Of a DNA stretch of 64,000 bases, positions 61,299 to 64,000 are shown piece after piece. Position numbers and translations under genes: made by a program. Source of the DNA: Squalus acanthias (Eukaryota); contig CM059432.1 in the NCBI GenBank assembly GCA_030390025.1, positions 21,330,001 through 21,394,000 of the forward strand, given 5' to 3'. The notes below the pieces were generated by a model. It was given only the letters and a program-made list of their open reading frames with translations, was not told where the DNA came from and searched no databases. Each line of letters begins with the position of its first letter. Within the stretch, counting starts at the first letter, position 1.

Positions 61299-64000
61299 AT
61301 TTGGTTGGTTAGCGCCACCCGTTAGCGCCTCCGGGGGGGCACTTAGTGGGTGCTAATGACCTACCGCCCGTGCGCGGCAATTTTAACGCTGCCCACGAAA
61401 TTCAACTGGCGGTTTGAGATGGCGCTAACCACTACCGCCACGATCTCTTGTGCCTGGAGATCATGACGTCATCCAAGCGCGCGTCGCCCCGGTACCGCCC
61501 CGGACCGGAAATTCATTCTCGTCCCCTGCTTCAATGCCTGCCGCTAGGAACGGCAGGTAGAGGGGGACGGTTTGCATCCAGCTGGGAGCTGGGGTGGGGG
61601 GGGTGGGGGGGCGCTATTTAAAGGCGTGCACATCCTTTTTTTTCCTGTCGGCAATCAATTCTGTACACGCAGGTTGAGAGAGGGAGAGAGGCGTTTGGAG
61701 AGATTTGACGGTTTCCTACTTGAAGGAGGTTTGGTCGTCAGCAAGACTTATCAGGTTCCCAATTCTGTAACCTTTAGTACTGCCACATTTAAAAGAGTTA
61801 ATGGGGGCTGTACTGGCACGGGACCTCGCTCTCCAGCTTCACTGTCGGAGGCAGCGGAGGTGGAGAGAGAGAGTGGAAAATGTGGCCAGAGGGAGGAGGG
61901 CCAACAGGGCTCTGCACAGGAGACCTAACCCTCCCAGGGTATTCCGGGAGCAATTCTCAATATCCATCTGTCCGAGGAGCAGTGTTGTAGAAGGCTGCGC
62001 ATCAGCAAGGAGCTGGTCACAGAGCTTTGCCACCTCCTGCAACCAGAGCTCCAGCCTCAGCTCAGGACCAGGACATCTCTGTCGGTGGCAGTGAAGGTCA
62101 CAGTGGCTCTCAATTTCTACGCCAGCAGCTCCTTCCAGGCTTCAATGGGGGATATTGCGAACATCTCCCAGTTTGCTGTTCATTGCTGCATACGGGAGGT
62201 CACAAATGCTCTATACCAAAGGAGAAGGGAGTACATCTCTTTCCCCATGACACGAGACAAACAGCGTGAACACGCATGTGGCATCGCAAGGAGAGCGGGC
62301 TTCCCCATGGTTCAGGGCGCCATTGACTGCATGCACGTGGCATTGCGGGCACCTCATGAAAATGCAGAGGTTTTCCGCAACCACAAAGGCTAGCACTCTC
62401 TGAAGATGCAGTTGGTATGCGACCACAGACAGCGCATCCTCGCTGTCAATACCCGCTATCCTGGCAGCAGCCACAATTCATTCATCCTGCGTCAGACTGG
62501 TGTCCCAGACCTGTTCCAACCACCGCATCAACCTCGTGGCTGGCTCCTCAGGGACAAGGGTTATCCACTCTGCACCTGGCTGATGACACCGCTCCGTAAC
62601 CCCAACACTCCTGCTGATCTCGCCTTCAATGAGAGCCATAGCGCCATTAGGAACCTCATTGAACAGACGATCGGCGTGCTGAAGCAACGGTTTCGGTGTC
62701 TTGACAACTCTGGAGGAGCCCTGCAGTACTCCCTGATCGGGTGTCGGTTTTCATTGTTGTGTGCTGCATGCTTCATAACCTCGCCATTCTGAGGACCCAG
62801 CCAATGCCACCAGGGATTGGTGCACCACCTCAGAGGAGGAAGAGGGAGAGGAGGAGGAGGAGGCGGTGGTGGAGGATGAAGAGGAGGAGGAGCAGCAACA
62901 ACGTGTGAGGGAGCCTCTCAATGTTGCTTCTGCAAGGGCCGTTCGTTAACACCTCATAACACAGCGCTTCCAATGAATGACAGTGAAGATGGCTTTCGGG
63001 ATCAACAACCACATCATTACAGCCATCCTGCAGCCCCTATGAGCGGCCAAAGTTCCAATGAGAAACATGAGGAAATTTGTAACGTTTAAATAAATATTTT
63101 TATTCTTCTGAACAGCTGTGTCTTATTAAGCACAACCAATAACAAACTAACAAAACAATTTATTAAGACAACTGGTTCTTAGCACATCAAAATAATTCTT
63201 AACAAAGTGAACAATATATTTACAAACACATCCAACTTTGGTACAAACACCCCCCTGATTTAGTCAAAAAATTTTAGTTAGTCGGCCTTCAATGATCTCC
63301 CTCCCCTTTGCACTTACCCCCTCCCAACCCTACTGCTCCTCCGTAATGTGGCCCCGGCAAGGCTGGCAGAAGGCTGCTAAATCTCGGAGCCAGAGACTGG
63401 AGATGACTTGCAGGATGCCCTCGACCAGCTCCGAGCCTGGAGAGCCTGGCTGCAGACTGCACCAACTCTGCATGGGCGCAGCAGTCTGGGCTGGCTGGGT
63501 TACAGGCTGTGGCAAGTGCAATGGCAGAGTGGCAGTGGTGGCAGCAGGAATGCTGTCATCCCGAGAGAGGACAGCACCTCCCTGCTCCACCGACACACTG
63601 CCACTCCCCCAGGGCAGAACCACAGCATTTGGAGCAATCTGCTTGAGCACAGATTGCTGGCCTGCTGCGGCACCGTCAGATCCCCAGTGGACTGTGGGTG
63701 ACCCAGTGACGATGGTAGCAGTCAGCGCTTGCGTGGCATCAATCTGAGACTGCATCAGAGCAGTCTGAGATTGGATGGCACCAACCAATGACTCAATTCC
63801 AGCACTAAGCCGTTGCGTTGCCTCGGCCTGTGCTGCAATAGATGCTGCCACCTCACCCATTACACGTGGCATGGGGTCTGGGTTCCTACGGTCTCTCTGC
63901 AAGTCAACCATCCTTTGCAACGAGGCAAGGATGGGCTCGAGGGTTTGCACACAGATGATAGCTGTTCTGGCAGTGGACTCCTCCACGCTCCTAGCCAGTA
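61299..64000. mobile_element. Decayed Harbinger of the same family as 34213-38363, inverted, running off the window
   Basis: Transposase + 61801-62975 with stops and frameshifts (VAVKVTVALNFY, IDCMH, PGSSHN, DKGYP); last Myb exon - 63330-63986 homologous to 35436-36392. Confidence 0.92.

Overview
This is eukaryotic vertebrate DNA made almost entirely of nested mobile elements; the repeat mix (CR1 with an esterase ORF1, many Harbingers, Penelope, tRNA-SINEs) suggests a cartilaginous fish, which is an inference. No host gene is confidently identified. Main contents: (1) a decayed foamy-virus-like endogenous retrovirus (minus strand, ~9.85-18.36 kb) with 5' LTR, tRNA-Lys PBS, spuma-type gag split by a young CR1, and pro-RT-RNaseH. 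Its gag and pro are in one frame, separated by a single TGA plus a GC hairpin. (2) A second, two-LTR provirus (20640-28315, minus; CCCG TSD, tRNA-Gln PBS) with deleted epsilon-like gag/pro, a gamma-type env, and an internal RT plus TM-like remnant that seems to come from a different retroviral lineage. (3) An apparently intact autonomous Harbinger transposon (34213-38363, TTA TSD), plus decayed Harbingers and MITEs. (4) Many CR1 LINE fragments, SINEs, an L2 tail, and a Penelope 3' end carrying a minimal hammerhead ribozyme. Family assignments come from recognised motifs; no database search was run.
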